A stretch of DNA of 63,016 nucleotides, filler included, from Globobulimina sp. (lineage: Eukaryota), in the NCBI GenBank assembly GCA_003354225.1. It is 50 parts of 50 records of this genome, joined end to end, with 100 filler letters (N's around TTAATTAATTAA, not from the genome) between each part and the next. Parts side by side here need not be neighbours in the genome. Positions count along the whole stretch, not along the records: positions 50,503 to 51,664 come from PIVH01021965.1; positions 51,765 to 52,926 come from PIVH01021966.1; positions 53,027 to 54,188 come from PIVH01021967.1; positions 54,289 to 55,450 come from PIVH01021968.1; positions 55,551 to 56,711 come from PIVH01021969.1; positions 56,812 to 57,972 come from PIVH01021970.1; positions 58,073 to 59,233 come from PIVH01021971.1; positions 59,334 to 60,494 come from PIVH01021972.1; 42 more parts are not named here. One strand, 5' to 3'. This document shows positions 50,731 through 62,452 of this stretch, piece by piece (the first letter of the stretch is position 1; every line of letters starts with the position of its first letter). A program made the position numbers and the translations under genes. Under the pieces are notes generated by a model that searched no databases, was not told the DNA's origin, and saw only the letters and a program-made list of their open reading frames with translations.

Positions 50731-51571
50731 CTAAGAAAACACTGTAGAATATTTAAAATCATTGCACAATGCACAACCAAGAGAAAATTCTATTCCTTGA
50801 GGTCCATGTTTGATCCCCAAAGGGCAACAATCCAGTTGTAATTTCTTAGGTAAATAGCGATGCTTAAATTTATTAGCAGCACTATTTATTAGTGGAGCTG
50901 CGGATGGACATTGCAGTAACTTTCTAGCACCATATTGATGAACTAATTGTAGTTATTCATTATTAAATCAGTGTAATAAGTGTAGTTATTGATGAACTAA
51001 TTGTAGTTATTACCATATTGCAGTGGTAATAAGTGTAGTTATTCATTATTAAATCCATAATCTGTGTTGTATCCAGATGTTCAGTGTCGTTGTCGTGGAA
51101 TATATTATCGTATTTAAGTCTCATTGTTCCTTTTATTAAGATTTTCTTCCTTAAAATGTTCAGATTAAGATTCATTTGCATCAGCTTTGAATGTTTCATT
51201 GGTTTCTTACATAATGGGCATGTAAAAGGTAAGAAAGAAATGTGTTTGCCATTTTGTTGCATTGCTGCAATATTTATTTGATATATTTTTAATACACATT
51301 CCAAATGAAACGAGTGATTGCAATTTAGTTTTATGCATTGTTTAACATCCAGTGATTCAACCATACAAATATTACACGGATTACATGATTTAGTATCAAA
51401 CGTTAACTCCAATGCTCCACAAAACTTACAAATTAAATCCGTTACAGCTGACAATGCATAGGTTAATGTGTGCTGCTGTTGAGCATTTATGTGACATATT
51501 GAGTCACAAAAATAAGATACTACACTTTTCAATTTAAAGCTTGGTTCTTTTATCAGAGCACTGGCCTTCAA
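50731..51571 (-). pseudogene. MYCBP2/PHR-like RING-Cys-relay E3 C-terminus with an internal deletion
   Basis: CNICMVESL...LNCNHSFHLEC...ISF..FTCPLC..MRLKYD..YTYYHC and, downstream, CPLGIKHGPQGIEFSLGCALC; the intervening part is missing. Confidence 0.8.
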
Positions 51572-51764
51572 TATTGAAGATCGGATAAATACTGATTCAA
51601 TATAAATTTAAACAAAATACCTACATCACGGTGTGTTGTATCATCAATTTCAGTATGTTTTAGANNNNNNNNNNNNNNNNNNNNNNNNNNNNNNNNNNNN
51701 NNNNNNNNTTAATTAATTAANNNNNNNNNNNNNNNNNNNNNNNNNNNNNNNNNNNNNNNNNNNN

Positions 51765-52348
51765 AGTACAACATTACGCGAAAGAAAGCAAGAACAAAAA
51801 CAAAAACTGTAATATGCGATTCACACAACATAGAAACTGCGAAGCCGAGCACTGAAACAACACATAATCGACATTTCACTTTTAATTTAGACCACAATGA
51901 CAAACCGATTACGTTAGAATTGAATCTTATGGATGGGCCAAAATCTGGTGTGAAAAGTCCAGCGATTAAACACTCAAAATCATTGGACAGAGAATTGGCG
52001 CTTTATTTGAGGGGAAAAGTGGATTCGGGGATCACTTTTTCGCCGACAAGCACGAGAACGTCGCGCAGGAAATCTGCCATAAATACGCTAAAAAATAAGT
52101 TAAAAAGACTCAAAATGGGAAAGACGACAAAAACGCCGAGGAGTAAACATAAATCATCAGCAAAAGCAAAAGAAGACAAACATAAAACGCCAACAAGTAA
52201 GAAAAAACACCAACAAATAAGTATTGATACTCAATTGCAAGGATTAAGTACACCAAATTCGAAAGCGCATAAACGACAAACATTTCATTCACCGATTGTT
52301 GATTCTATAATGAAACGAAAAACAAACCTATCCGCTAATTATATGTAA
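51765..52348 (+). CDS. Basic low-complexity protein C-terminus
   Basis: K/S/T-rich open frame. Confidence 0.45.
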
Positions 52349-53154
52349 TCTAATATTAATTTTCATTCCACTTTGTGTCATTGTATGAAAAATCTGTTTT
52401 TAATCTTTACTCGCAAAATACTGATTTTTTTATTCATTCATGTATGTATATACAAGAAAAGTACTTTTGGTGACTATGCAATTTCTGAAAATATCACAAC
52501 TCGACGCAAAATAACAAATTAATATCAATCGAATAATTACAACAAACACATTGCGACAAAATTAAAAAAAAAATATTATTAATAAAATATATCAAATTAA
52601 TACATATTAAAAACAAACATATTATACTGTAAAATAAACATTGTTAAAGAGAGAGCAATAAACGAAAATTTTAATGTAGGCGAGCGACAAAGCACAAGCC
52701 CTCATTGAAAATTTCTGTGCACTCTGCAACAAAATATTAGACTTAGATACACTGTAAATTAAAAGAGAATGAATGAATCATAGTTATTATAAAAAAATGT
52801 GTTAATGAACAAAATGTCCATATCTCATTTTAATGGTAAAGCAAAGCACCAAATAGCATGGGCAGCTCATTTAAGCATAAATATATATATATCAGTTATG
52901 TTTAATACGCTTTACTATCATCGAATNNNNNNNNNNNNNNNNNNNNNNNNNNNNNNNNNNNNNNNNNNNNTTAATTAATTAANNNNNNNNNNNNNNNNNN
53001 NNNNNNNNNNNNNNNNNNNNNNNNNNGCCATTCAAACATACTTTAAAGGTCCTCTCCAATACCATGAAATATATCAAGTCCCAAATCATAATCTCGTCCA
53101 TTCTGTATCGATTGATACCAATTCCATGTCTTTAAACCCAATAATGACGGGATT

Positions 53155-53955
53155 GTTACTTGATTTGAAGTGATTTCAGTTTTTCAGCTTGGAAATCAAC
53201 AAACATCAGACATATAATGACTAAATGGCTGCGTCACACAAGAAAACAAAGATATGTTTATTTTATGTTTCTATATTCATTTTAGTATTTAACAACAACA
53301 AATAAGATATGTGAAAAGGTTGATTATTTGGATGGGATAATCTGGATGGAATTGTGTGGAATTGCATGATTGAATTGAATTAAATTATGGAGATTTGATT
53401 ATGGATTGAATTAATTAGGGAGAATTTAGATTGGTTTGGGAGAATATATAATTGGTTTGTGAGATTTGTATGTGAATATAGATTGGTTTAAGATAACTTT
53501 GTGATAACTTATTTGCAAGGCTTATTATTTTAATTTTGTTTCATGATATGATTTGCGCAGAAATGCTGCATTTTTTTTAAAACAAGGAAGCTACGTACAA
53601 AGTGCAAGGATAATCAGAAAAAAATGCAGTCTATATTCTCCCAAACCAACATAAATTCTCCATTTTCCATTGTGCCAACCGAATATGCGCACGAATTCAA
53701 TCCAAATCTCCATAATTTCATTTATTTCAATCAATTCCACACAATTTAATTCAATCAATTCTATCTTCACAAATTATCTCATCCCAAATAATTAACCTTC
53801 CAACATATCTTATTTATTCTTGTTAAATGCTAAAATAAAAAGAAACATAAAAATAAACATATCTTTGCTTTCTTTTGTAACGCAGCCATTTGTCATTATG
53901 TTTGATGTTTGTTGATTTTCAAGCTGAAAAACTGAAATCACTTCAAATAAAGTAG
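53155..53955. repeat. Long imperfect inverted repeat (arms about 250-300 bp), foldback-like
   Basis: TTTGAAGTGATTTCAGTTTTTCAGCTTG..., AAAGATATGTTTATTTTATGTTTCT, AAATAAGATATGT and AAATTATGGAGATTTG each have complements in mirrored order. Confidence 0.88.
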
Positions 53956-54716
53956 CAGCAGAATGTCACAATGAGCCAATTTTCTCAAACACTCTATAAC
54001 AATGTGTAGGCATAGAACTAATCATTTATAACAGAAACCAATCACTATTATCCTCCAAATCCATCGGCTTTTCCAGTTAAACCCTTGTCCGTTTTTTGAA
54101 ACACTCAACAACGAAAAACAAAAGGAAGTATTGGTGCTATGGCCGAAATTATCCATGAACCCATATCTTATTTTATCTCAAGAAACCANNNNNNNNNNNN
54201 NNNNNNNNNNNNNNNNNNNNNNNNNNNNNNNNTTAATTAATTAANNNNNNNNNNNNNNNNNNNNNNNNNNNNNNNNNNNNNNNNNNNNAACCACAGAGAA
54301 CATTACAATCGGATAAGATGAAGACAAAATGATCAAAATTATATGTGTGTGATTTACATTGTGTCTTAATTAAATTACAAACTTCTCGCCCATTTTTGTG
54401 TAAATCCTTGGAAAAAAAAAACAATTTGTATGATCAAATATTATTGGTTCATTAATATGATCAAAATTTTCATAGTTTTGCTCATATCAAAATTTTCTCA
54501 CATATTTTGCTCATATCATAGTCTAACTCACAGTGTAAAAAGTACACTTTCCTTTAGGGTAACTTGCAAGACTCACTCGGCAAAACCACATTACGCTAAC
54601 TCGGACATAACTCTCGGGCGAGTCGCTCGCATATGCTGTATGCTTTTTTGTGGTGATTATAGTTGTCCGATGTATGGTCATATGTACGGAATATGATCAT
54701 ATATATGATCAAAATT

Positions 54717-54932
54717 TACTTTCCCTGTAGATTGGTTTGGAAGGATTGGTTTTGAGATTTTGTGTAATGATTTGGATTTTTTTTATTTTAAACGCGTATA
54801 ATTTGCCGTTTGTATGGGTTTGTATGAGTATGCATAAGGGTGGATTTTATTTGAGACGGTTACTGTTGAGAGTACTTTTAAAATCTGAAAATCTCAAAAC
54901 TGAACCCTCTGAACCAATCTACAGGGAAAGTA
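54717..54932. mobile_element. MITE family A, copy 2
   Basis: Same TIRs and internal sequence as 38395-38611 with only a few differences; TA on both sides. Confidence 0.95.
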
Positions 54933-55279
54933 TATGTACAGATATATGTAGTCATGTGATCATATATTTTTATATAGATATGATCAAATTTCTATGTACC
55001 ATGATGTAATCAAAAAATTAAGTAAAAATTTAATTCAAAATTTTTTGTTGAATCATTTTTTGTCGTATCGAATAATATTAAGATTCGAGGATTTGTTGAA
55101 TCATTCAGATTCGAGGATTCGAAAAACCTTAAGATTCACTGAGCTGGTTCGAAGGATTCAGTGTTCATCACTGGTGACAAGCATAAATCGGAAGCATAAT
55201 AATGATGAAAGACATGGTTCAGAATTTGAAGTTTTCGCTTTTTTTTTTGTGCGCGCACTGTTTTCCAGGCTAAGTTTTG

Positions 55280-55450
55280 ATGAACAACTGCAAAATAGCA
55301 ATAATTGGTGGTGGTATTGCAGGGTTAGGCACTTTAAAAGAATTAAAAGAAGTCGGTGTTAATGATGTTACCTTATTTGAGTATTTTGATGAAATTGGAG
55401 GAAATTGGAATCCCAATAATGACAAATGTGGTGGCTATGAAGGAATGATA
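55280..55450 (+). CDS. Flavin-containing monooxygenase-like protein, N-terminal FAD-binding motif
   Basis: KIAIIGGGIAGL..LK.L...G...VTLFE....IGGNW. Confidence 0.85.
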
Positions 55451-55550
55451 NNNNNNNNNNNNNNNNNNNNNNNNNNNNNNNNNNNNNNNNNNNNTTAATT
55501 AATTAANNNNNNNNNNNNNNNNNNNNNNNNNNNNNNNNNNNNNNNNNNNN

Positions 55551-55735
55551 TCTTCATCTTCTTTATGATCACAATCTAATTCGACTGCATCACAACATAC
55601 AAAACCGCAACTTGCACATAAACAGACTGACATTTTATTTGCGTCATTAAATAATGCCATATTCCATCCATTATTCTCGACTTTCAACAATGACAATAAC
55701 TCTCTTTCCATCAATGTCTCTGCTTGTGAGGCCAT
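55551..55735 (-). CDS. N-terminus with the start of a RING/TRAF-type zinc finger
   Basis: CLCASCGFVCCDAVELDCDH. Confidence 0.6.
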
Positions 55736-55869
55736 TCAATGTTTCTATCAAGATTCTAACAGGCAAACACCATGCAAACTTGCGTAAAAGTTGAAGCAAA
55801 AGTTTTTTTTGAATACATCTCACGTGTTAATCTAAGCGTTGCTTCGGTTTCGTGTGCATTCGACAACAG

Positions 55870-56445
55870 ATGAAAGTCGATGACGTTTTGTTTGCTGGAA
55901 TATTACTGATTTGGAGTGGGATTCTGATTGGTGTATCCTTTATGGACGCACCACGAAAATTTAAAGCTAACTCGCTCACATTACAAGGTTAATTAACCCA
56001 TTTCTGAACCATTCTCATCTCATACTTTTCGACTTTACTGGTTTACACATGCATGTTCCATACAATATAAACATTTTTTATATCTTTTGTAGTTGCTTTG
56101 GACGTTGGAAGGGAACTATTTTCGCAGTTGCATCAAGTTGAAAAAGCATTGGGTGTCATCTCAATGATATTTATGTTTTTATTTTGGAAAAATCAAAGAA
56201 GAGACAAATATAATATGGCGAGAGGGAAAGCAAAAAAAAACAAAACTATCCTTATTGTCTTCTGTTTGACACTTGGAATCGTGGCATTTCAGCAACTATG
56301 GGTTGGGCCCATTTTATTTGAAAGAATAGCAATGGTCATCGACGGCAAAACGCCAAAACCGAGCAGCATTCATATTGTCTACATACTCACGGAAGTAACA
56401 AAAGTTATCACATTGACAATTACTGCTGGAATGGTGTTATATTGA
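55870..56445 (+). CDS. Four-TM DUF4149/TMEM205-like membrane protein, complete; intron 55988-56092
   Basis: W.G..IGVSFMDAPRKFKA.SLTLQ|VALDVGR.LF..L..VE; H..Y...EV.K. Confidence 0.7.
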
Positions 56446-56811
56446 AAGTGATATTGACCGACGATACTAACTTTTTATAATACCCTTGACTGCGCAGCGC
56501 AGGAAATACTTTGTATACTTTACATTAACATTTTTAACGCAATCGACTAGTTTACTTCAAAAACGTTTTTGAGTCATAATGTTTTGGACAGATGACGGCC
56601 GTAACAAAGCTCTGTATTATGGAGTATCTGCAGTGGCAGTTGGATTATGTGGAATATTATGTGTATGCAAGTTGAATGACATTGGGAATAAAAGGAATAT
56701 GATAAACTTCTNNNNNNNNNNNNNNNNNNNNNNNNNNNNNNNNNNNNNNNNNNNNTTAATTAATTAANNNNNNNNNNNNNNNNNNNNNNNNNNNNNNNNN
56801 NNNNNNNNNNN

Positions 56812-57051
56812 AAAAATAATGAGAATGTTATCACTGTGGATGACATAAAAAGGGTATACTCGTTGTTTGTTGACGTGGACCGATCGGTACAGTTTTTGAA
56901 TGATTATCAAAGTCAATTTGTATTTCATGACAAAGCAGATGAGGATACTGATGATGATGGCGATGAGTTGGATGACAGTAAAATGGAAGATAAACAACAG
57001 GATAATGACGAGGATGATGACGGCGATGAGGATGTTTTAGATGTTGAATAA
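56812..57051 (+). CDS. Acidic C-terminus of an unidentified protein (resembles the RuvB-like/Reptin tail)
   Basis: ITVDDIKRVYSLFVDVDRSVQFLNDYQSQFVF followed by a D/E tail. Confidence 0.6.
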   Translation, partial: KNNENVITVDDIKRVYSLFVDVDRSVQFLNDYQSQFVFHDKADEDTDDDGDELDDSKMEDKQQDNDEDDDGDEDVLDVE

Positions 57052-57258
57052 TTGAAACACATTCAGTATAATTTATAGTTTTTGATTTGATTTTAATTGT
57101 TATTATATATTTGCAGTTTGCCTTTGGCTGAGTAATGAATTGACTTTGCAAATTGAATTAAGCAATCAATCAAAAAATAACTTTTCTGGAATTAACTAGC
57201 GCCTGCGGTTAGGTTGCCTTTTTCTAAAAAGTAAAAAAACTTTTCGCATTCTAGTGCT

Positions 57259-57972
57259 ATGGCAACAACTCAAACCAAGCAATTGATTAGGAAGGAAATA
57301 AGGAAACAAATTTCATTGCTGCCTTCAAAACAGTTGAAGTTGGAAAGTCAGTTTGTTGCGAATATTATAAGAAATCAGCCCCAATATCAAGCCGCAAAAG
57401 TTGAGATATTTAAAATTGGTTTGATTTCGTTCGTTTAAAATTGGTTGGTATATTTCCGCAGTGCTTAGCATGTTTTGTGTCGATTGAAAATCAAGAGATT
57501 GACACAAATACATTGCTAAAATATTGTTTTGAGGACAAAAAGAAAGTATATTTGCCGCGAGTTGTTGAGCATCAAAACAATGCGGAAATAATGATGTTAC
57601 ATACGCTAAAATTCGAGGAAATATATGATAAGAATAGATTTAGTAAATCAAAATGGGGGATATGGGAACCAATGTTGATGCATAATGGCATGGATTCTCA
57701 TCAAACGCAAAGGGAAAATGCAATGGATAAATTGGATTTGGATTTGATAATTGTTCCAGGCGTTGCTTTCAATAAAAACAACTGCCGATTAGGTCAAGGG
57801 AAAGGTTTTTATGATAAATATTTTGCAAAATATAAGAAATGTTTGGATCAAAATAAGAAGAGAGATTTTAGGGGTGGTTTTGCATCACGTTTGCAATCAG
57901 AAAGTAATCCTATTCTTCAAGAACTTGGCAATGTTATTGGTGGAGTAACAAAAGAAACCCTAAAGGACGTTA
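57259..57972 (+). CDS. MTHFS: 5-formyltetrahydrofolate cyclo-ligase; intron 57400-57461; the last ~35 codons do not look like the family
   Basis: K..IRKEIR, EIDT, KKVYLPRV, KWGIWEP, LDLIIVPGVAF....RLGQGKGFYDKY. Confidence 0.92.
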
Positions 57973-58072
57973 NNNNNNNNNNNNNNNNNNNNNNNNNNNN
58001 NNNNNNNNNNNNNNNNTTAATTAATTAANNNNNNNNNNNNNNNNNNNNNNNNNNNNNNNNNNNNNNNNNNNN

Positions 58073-58800
58073 GAACTGGATTATGTGTTGTTGGTGATAA
58101 TTTTGGAGTGTGTTTGAAAGACACATCAAAATGTATGTATTGTGCTGTACGCAATATAACCGCTCCTCTATGTTCACACCATATCTGAAACATACTATGC
58201 ATGCCATCACCCAAATACATAACAGATGCACGCTCCCTCCATCGATCCAAAGTATCAGCTCCAATCTTCGATGTATCATCACGTATCAATTTCTGCCCAT
58301 ACATATTGGAATCGAGCCCATATTTTTTCAACACACCAGCAATATCTTTGCCTCTTTTAGGCAAAACAAAACCATGTCTCTCCCGTGCCTTGTAGGCGAT
58401 ATTGCGTATATCCCCCCAACCTGAAAACATCTGTGCCGCATCTGGATTATCTCTGGCTGTTCTCCTATACGCTTCGCGCGGTGCCTCTTTCTCCTCCGAG
58501 ATTTTTTTTTGTACCGCAGCCATAAAAGTATATTTTTTTTGTTGTTTGTCAGTCCATTTTCTATGTGGTATAGGTTTGTGGGTGCCCTTTGAATTTATTT
58601 CAACGCCTTCGGGATCCGTCCAAATATAGGCGTTACAATTATTGGAGCATCGCCATTTTGTGTTATGTGTTTTGGGATCCTCTTTGAAATGGATATATTT
58701 AATGTTTTTGCGAATGGCGAATGGTTTATTTGGACCCTGGCCGAAGAAAATAGGATGAAAGTAATGATTGGAATAATTATTTGGACCATAGATACGGAAT
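58073..58800 (-). mobile_element. Mutator-like (FLYWCH/MULE) transposase fragment
   Basis: KWRCSNNCNAYI...TH zinc-finger-like motif; AQYIHFDVSFKHTP resembles the first catalytic Asp motif DGTFKxxP. Confidence 0.7.
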
Positions 58801-59333
58801 TCTGATGTGATTTCGACCATAGAATAATTAATTGGCGCAAATTCGCAAACATTGGATGTAAAGCGTTGATGGAAATGTGATTGAAAATGCACATTGATGG
58901 GATCTAAAACAGAAAGTAATATCGCCACACAAACAGAAAGTAATATTTTATTTTTTTGTTTGTTTTTTTTGTGCATGATAGAATTTTGTACATGATCGGA
59001 TCTTGTACATGCTCTTTGAATCTGCTTACATCTGCGGAATGATTTGGCACCGCCAATCCACCGTGCACCAAATCCCAACCGAGCTGTGAATCTTGCAAAG
59101 CTGGCTGCCTTCATCTGAAGTCTTTAGTGAGGTTTTTCATGGAATCAGTTGAAAACCAACAACTTGCAGTCAACCAGGTTATATATTGCTCGATATTACC
59201 AATAACATTTACTAAACCAAGTTATAATTCATANNNNNNNNNNNNNNNNNNNNNNNNNNNNNNNNNNNNNNNNNNNNTTAATTAATTAANNNNNNNNNNN
59301 NNNNNNNNNNNNNNNNNNNNNNNNNNNNNNNNN

Positions 59334-59450
59334 ACTATACTACGTACTACCTACTATAGTATTTCTACTACCTATTACCTACTACAAAAGTACTAGCTGC
59401 TACTATACTATATACTACGCAACTACCTACTATACTAGTATACCTACTGA
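59334..59450. repeat. Degenerate CTA/TAC simple repeat
   Basis: actatactacgtactacctactatag... low-complexity tract. Confidence 0.8.
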
Positions 59451-59459
59451 AAAGTAGCT

Positions 59460-59703
59460 CTTCGCTAAGTCTTGGTAACATTTGCATTAAGTTCAACTGC
59501 GTTGAGTATAATTTATGGATGTATTGCACTTCAAAGTGATGAGAAATTGAGTGTATACAATGGATATGAGTTTACATTGACCATTGATAGTTTTATCAAC
59601 GGACTGGCACTTTATTTAAACTATCCTTTTGGTTCAAAATTATACACCAAAGTGTGCAAATATTGTGATAGATGCTGCAGAAAAATGTGCAGCAAAATTA
59701 GTT
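59460..59703 (+). CDS. Last two helices and Cys-rich tail of a 7TM-like protein
   Basis: IDSFINGLALYLNYPF...Y.KVCKYCDRCC. Confidence 0.55.
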
Positions 59704-59914
59704 AAAAGTATTGTAGCAATGTGTGTGTATGCGTATGCGTGTGAGTGTAGTGTATTTTTTTTTGTTGATTGCTTTTTGTTTGCATATTCCCTCAACATCA
59801 TGATCATAATAATTATAAAATAATATTTTTAAAAACTGTAATTTTTGAGGTAAGTTCAAATTAACTCTTTTGGATCATGGACATATCACAATAGCAAACA
59901 GATTGATTATCGCA

Positions 59915-60384
59915 ATGAGTGATAATAAGAAAAGGACAAAACTAACACCAATATTAACAGAGAAAGCAGGTCGCAACGAAAACAATTTCTCATCAAAGAA
60001 AAAGAATTATCCAAAAGCGGCATCAACCCCAGTCACACCCTTTGAAGTTATTCACGAAGACTTAGAAATGTACAGAGCCATTGTTGATGCGTTTAAATTG
60101 CTATCAACTAAACACCAGGAACACAAAGACGATGTTTAGTATACGTAGCACATAAATATGTATACAATAAAAGGAAAAATTGTTTTTAATTACAGCGAAA
60201 GGAAAGGAAAAAAGACACAGCACAAAGACACATGAAACGACTATCTTTAGTTGCAATTGGATTTGATGAACAGTTGGCTTCCATGGCTTTAGAACAGACC
60301 AAATATGATATAAATGCTGCACTGGATTATTGTCAAAATAATTCACACAAATTACTACCGACAATCGAAGATGAAAGCGACTAA
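59915..60384 (+). CDS. Small protein with a C-terminal UBA-like domain; intron at about 60134-60195
   Basis: LVAIGFDEQLASMALEQTKYDINAALDY. Confidence 0.7.
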
Positions 60385-61857
60385 TTTGAGTACACCAAAT
60401 GTAAATACGTTGTGATTATATTTGTATTTATTACCTTTTCATCTCCTTTTCTTGTATTTTTATGTCGACAATATTTTATTTTATTTTATTATCGNNNNNN
60501 NNNNNNNNNNNNNNNNNNNNNNNNNNNNNNNNNNNNNNTTAATTAATTAANNNNNNNNNNNNNNNNNNNNNNNNNNNNNNNNNNNNNNNNNNNNTGACTT
60601 CGTACTTTCTGTTTCAAAATCATAATTCATGGTATTGAGAAACTCTTTCTAAACCCAACATGAACTTCGTATTCTTGTTCCTCTTGGGGATAATTATATA
60701 AAACATATTTTAAATATTATAAACGCATCGATTAAAACACCACCAACTGCTTTAAATATAAATAATTTATTAGAATATGGTGAATTATATCAAGAATGCT
60801 ACAAAAATTACTATTTTATGTCAAATATTGCTTAAACACGTCGTCCAACGACGCCTTCATTATTACCCTCAAAAACGTTATATTTTGAAAATATTTTTGT
60901 TATTTTATAGAAAACGCAAAATAATTGCTTTTCCATTGGATTTTATTACAAAAAAGAAGACATATTCATCAACAACAACTATTTTTGATGCTAAATAAGT
61001 TAATTTATTTATTTTTGTTTCATGTTTGTTGATAGAATTTTATGCATTAAAAAAAGGTTTATTTGGAGCTATGGAAAACATATTATTTAAAGGCGAGGCT
61101 GCACAGAATTTTCCAAAGACACTGAGTCGGATATTTTGGAGGATTTGGATACATTTTATGATAACAAACACATTTTATTCATGTTCAAAAATTGCCTAAA
61201 GTAGGGATTGCAAATTAAATGGCACAACATATTAAGGAATTATTTGTATAGAATTTTGACAATGTAAGAAAAAAATGGAAATATCAAAACAAAAAACCAG
61301 TACCAATCGCAAAAAAACACAACTTTCAACAGTGAATAAATAACAATTTATATGTTTATTTAATGTCTTGTATTTATTTCAATAATTTATTTTGTGTTGT
61401 TCCATTTTTTCCCTTTTTCCAAAAGTTTTTTCAAAAATATTCTTTCAAAGTCCAGATATTTAGCTCCCGAAACATGCTGCCTTTACAATGGGATCCTGAC
61501 CACGAATTTCTCCAATATTCATGTCAGCCCTTCATAATGGTCCAATAAGTATGTGTACAAAGTTTGAAATAGATTCACCGAAACCTACATGTTTTAGTCA
61601 ATATATAGATGAATAAAATCCGTCAAATCGACACGTGAAAAGGATACTAAAATGGATTTTTATGGTGTTATTACAAATGTTGAGGAAACGAAATTTAAAG
61701 GTAAAGAAGGTTTAACATTAAGAATTGGTGATGAAACTGATAATATCCATTACCCNNNNNNNNNNNNNNNNNNNNNNNNNNNNNNNNNNNNNNNNNNNNT
61801 TAATTAATTAANNNNNNNNNNNNNNNNNNNNNNNNNNNNNNNNNNNNNNNNNNNNTT

Positions 61858-62127
61858 CTTGTCTCTGGGCATGTGGCATTATCATTGAGTTTTCATAACG
61901 GATTAAAAGTGTCGGATGGAATGAAATCTTTTCGTCATGGTGAATCAGAATTTTATGATTTATATAGGCGTCTTTTAGATCTGCCGCTAACATTAGGGAA
62001 AGATGAAACTGAACAAATTGATAACTATATATCGGAAGTTGACCGAATCCGTCGATTAGTTCGAAATGCTGAAACGGAGAGTTTGCCGACTATCGAAGAT
62101 ATAAAATCAAGCAGACAAAACTCCTGA
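61858..62127 (+). CDS. Bacterial-type ORF C-terminus, possibly a SLATT/DUF4231-like membrane effector
   Basis: Hydrophobic end followed by a helical tail (FRHGESEFYDLYRRLLD...YISEVDRIR...E); family call is by resemblance only. Confidence 0.4.
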   Translation, partial: LVSGHVALSLSFHNGLKVSDGMKSFRHGESEFYDLYRRLLDLPLTLGKDETEQIDNYISEVDRIRRLVRNAETESLPTIEDIKSSRQNS

Positions 62128-62323
62128 CAATTGTATCTGATTTGAGGGTAATAATATCCCCCTCCCTTCAACAACAAATGTGTCGATGCTTTTAGGAGTA
62201 TCAGGAAATATAGGGTTTTTTGAACGCAACAGAGACAAGGATGACTATGAAATCTGTATTTGGTAGTTACAAGTATGAAGATAAAAGATGGGAATATAAA
62301 GCCGCTTAATTATGGAGGAAACC

Positions 62324-62452
62324 ATGTCGACCAAACATCGAAAATATAACTTTGCACTTTCTTTTGCAGGGGAGGATAGGTCAACAGTTGAAGCTATTGC
62401 GAATTTCCTTAGATTCTGCGGTGCTTCTGTCTTTTACGATGAATGGGAAAAA
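62324..62452 (+). CDS. Bacterial TIR domain protein N-terminus, truncated
   Basis: KYNFALSFAGEDRSTVEAIANFL...G.SVFYDEWE; Shine-Dalgarno GGAGG at 62314-62318. Confidence 0.85.

Noticed and set aside
54430..55362. ORFs overlapping MITE copy 2 and the ATATGATCA-rich flanks
   Set aside because: Chance frames through repeat DNA
1164..61855. TTAATTAATTAA recurring every ~1262 bp as a biological periodic repeat or nanochromosome/telomere signal
   Set aside because: Always embedded in exactly 44+44 Ns; a synthetic all-frame stop linker
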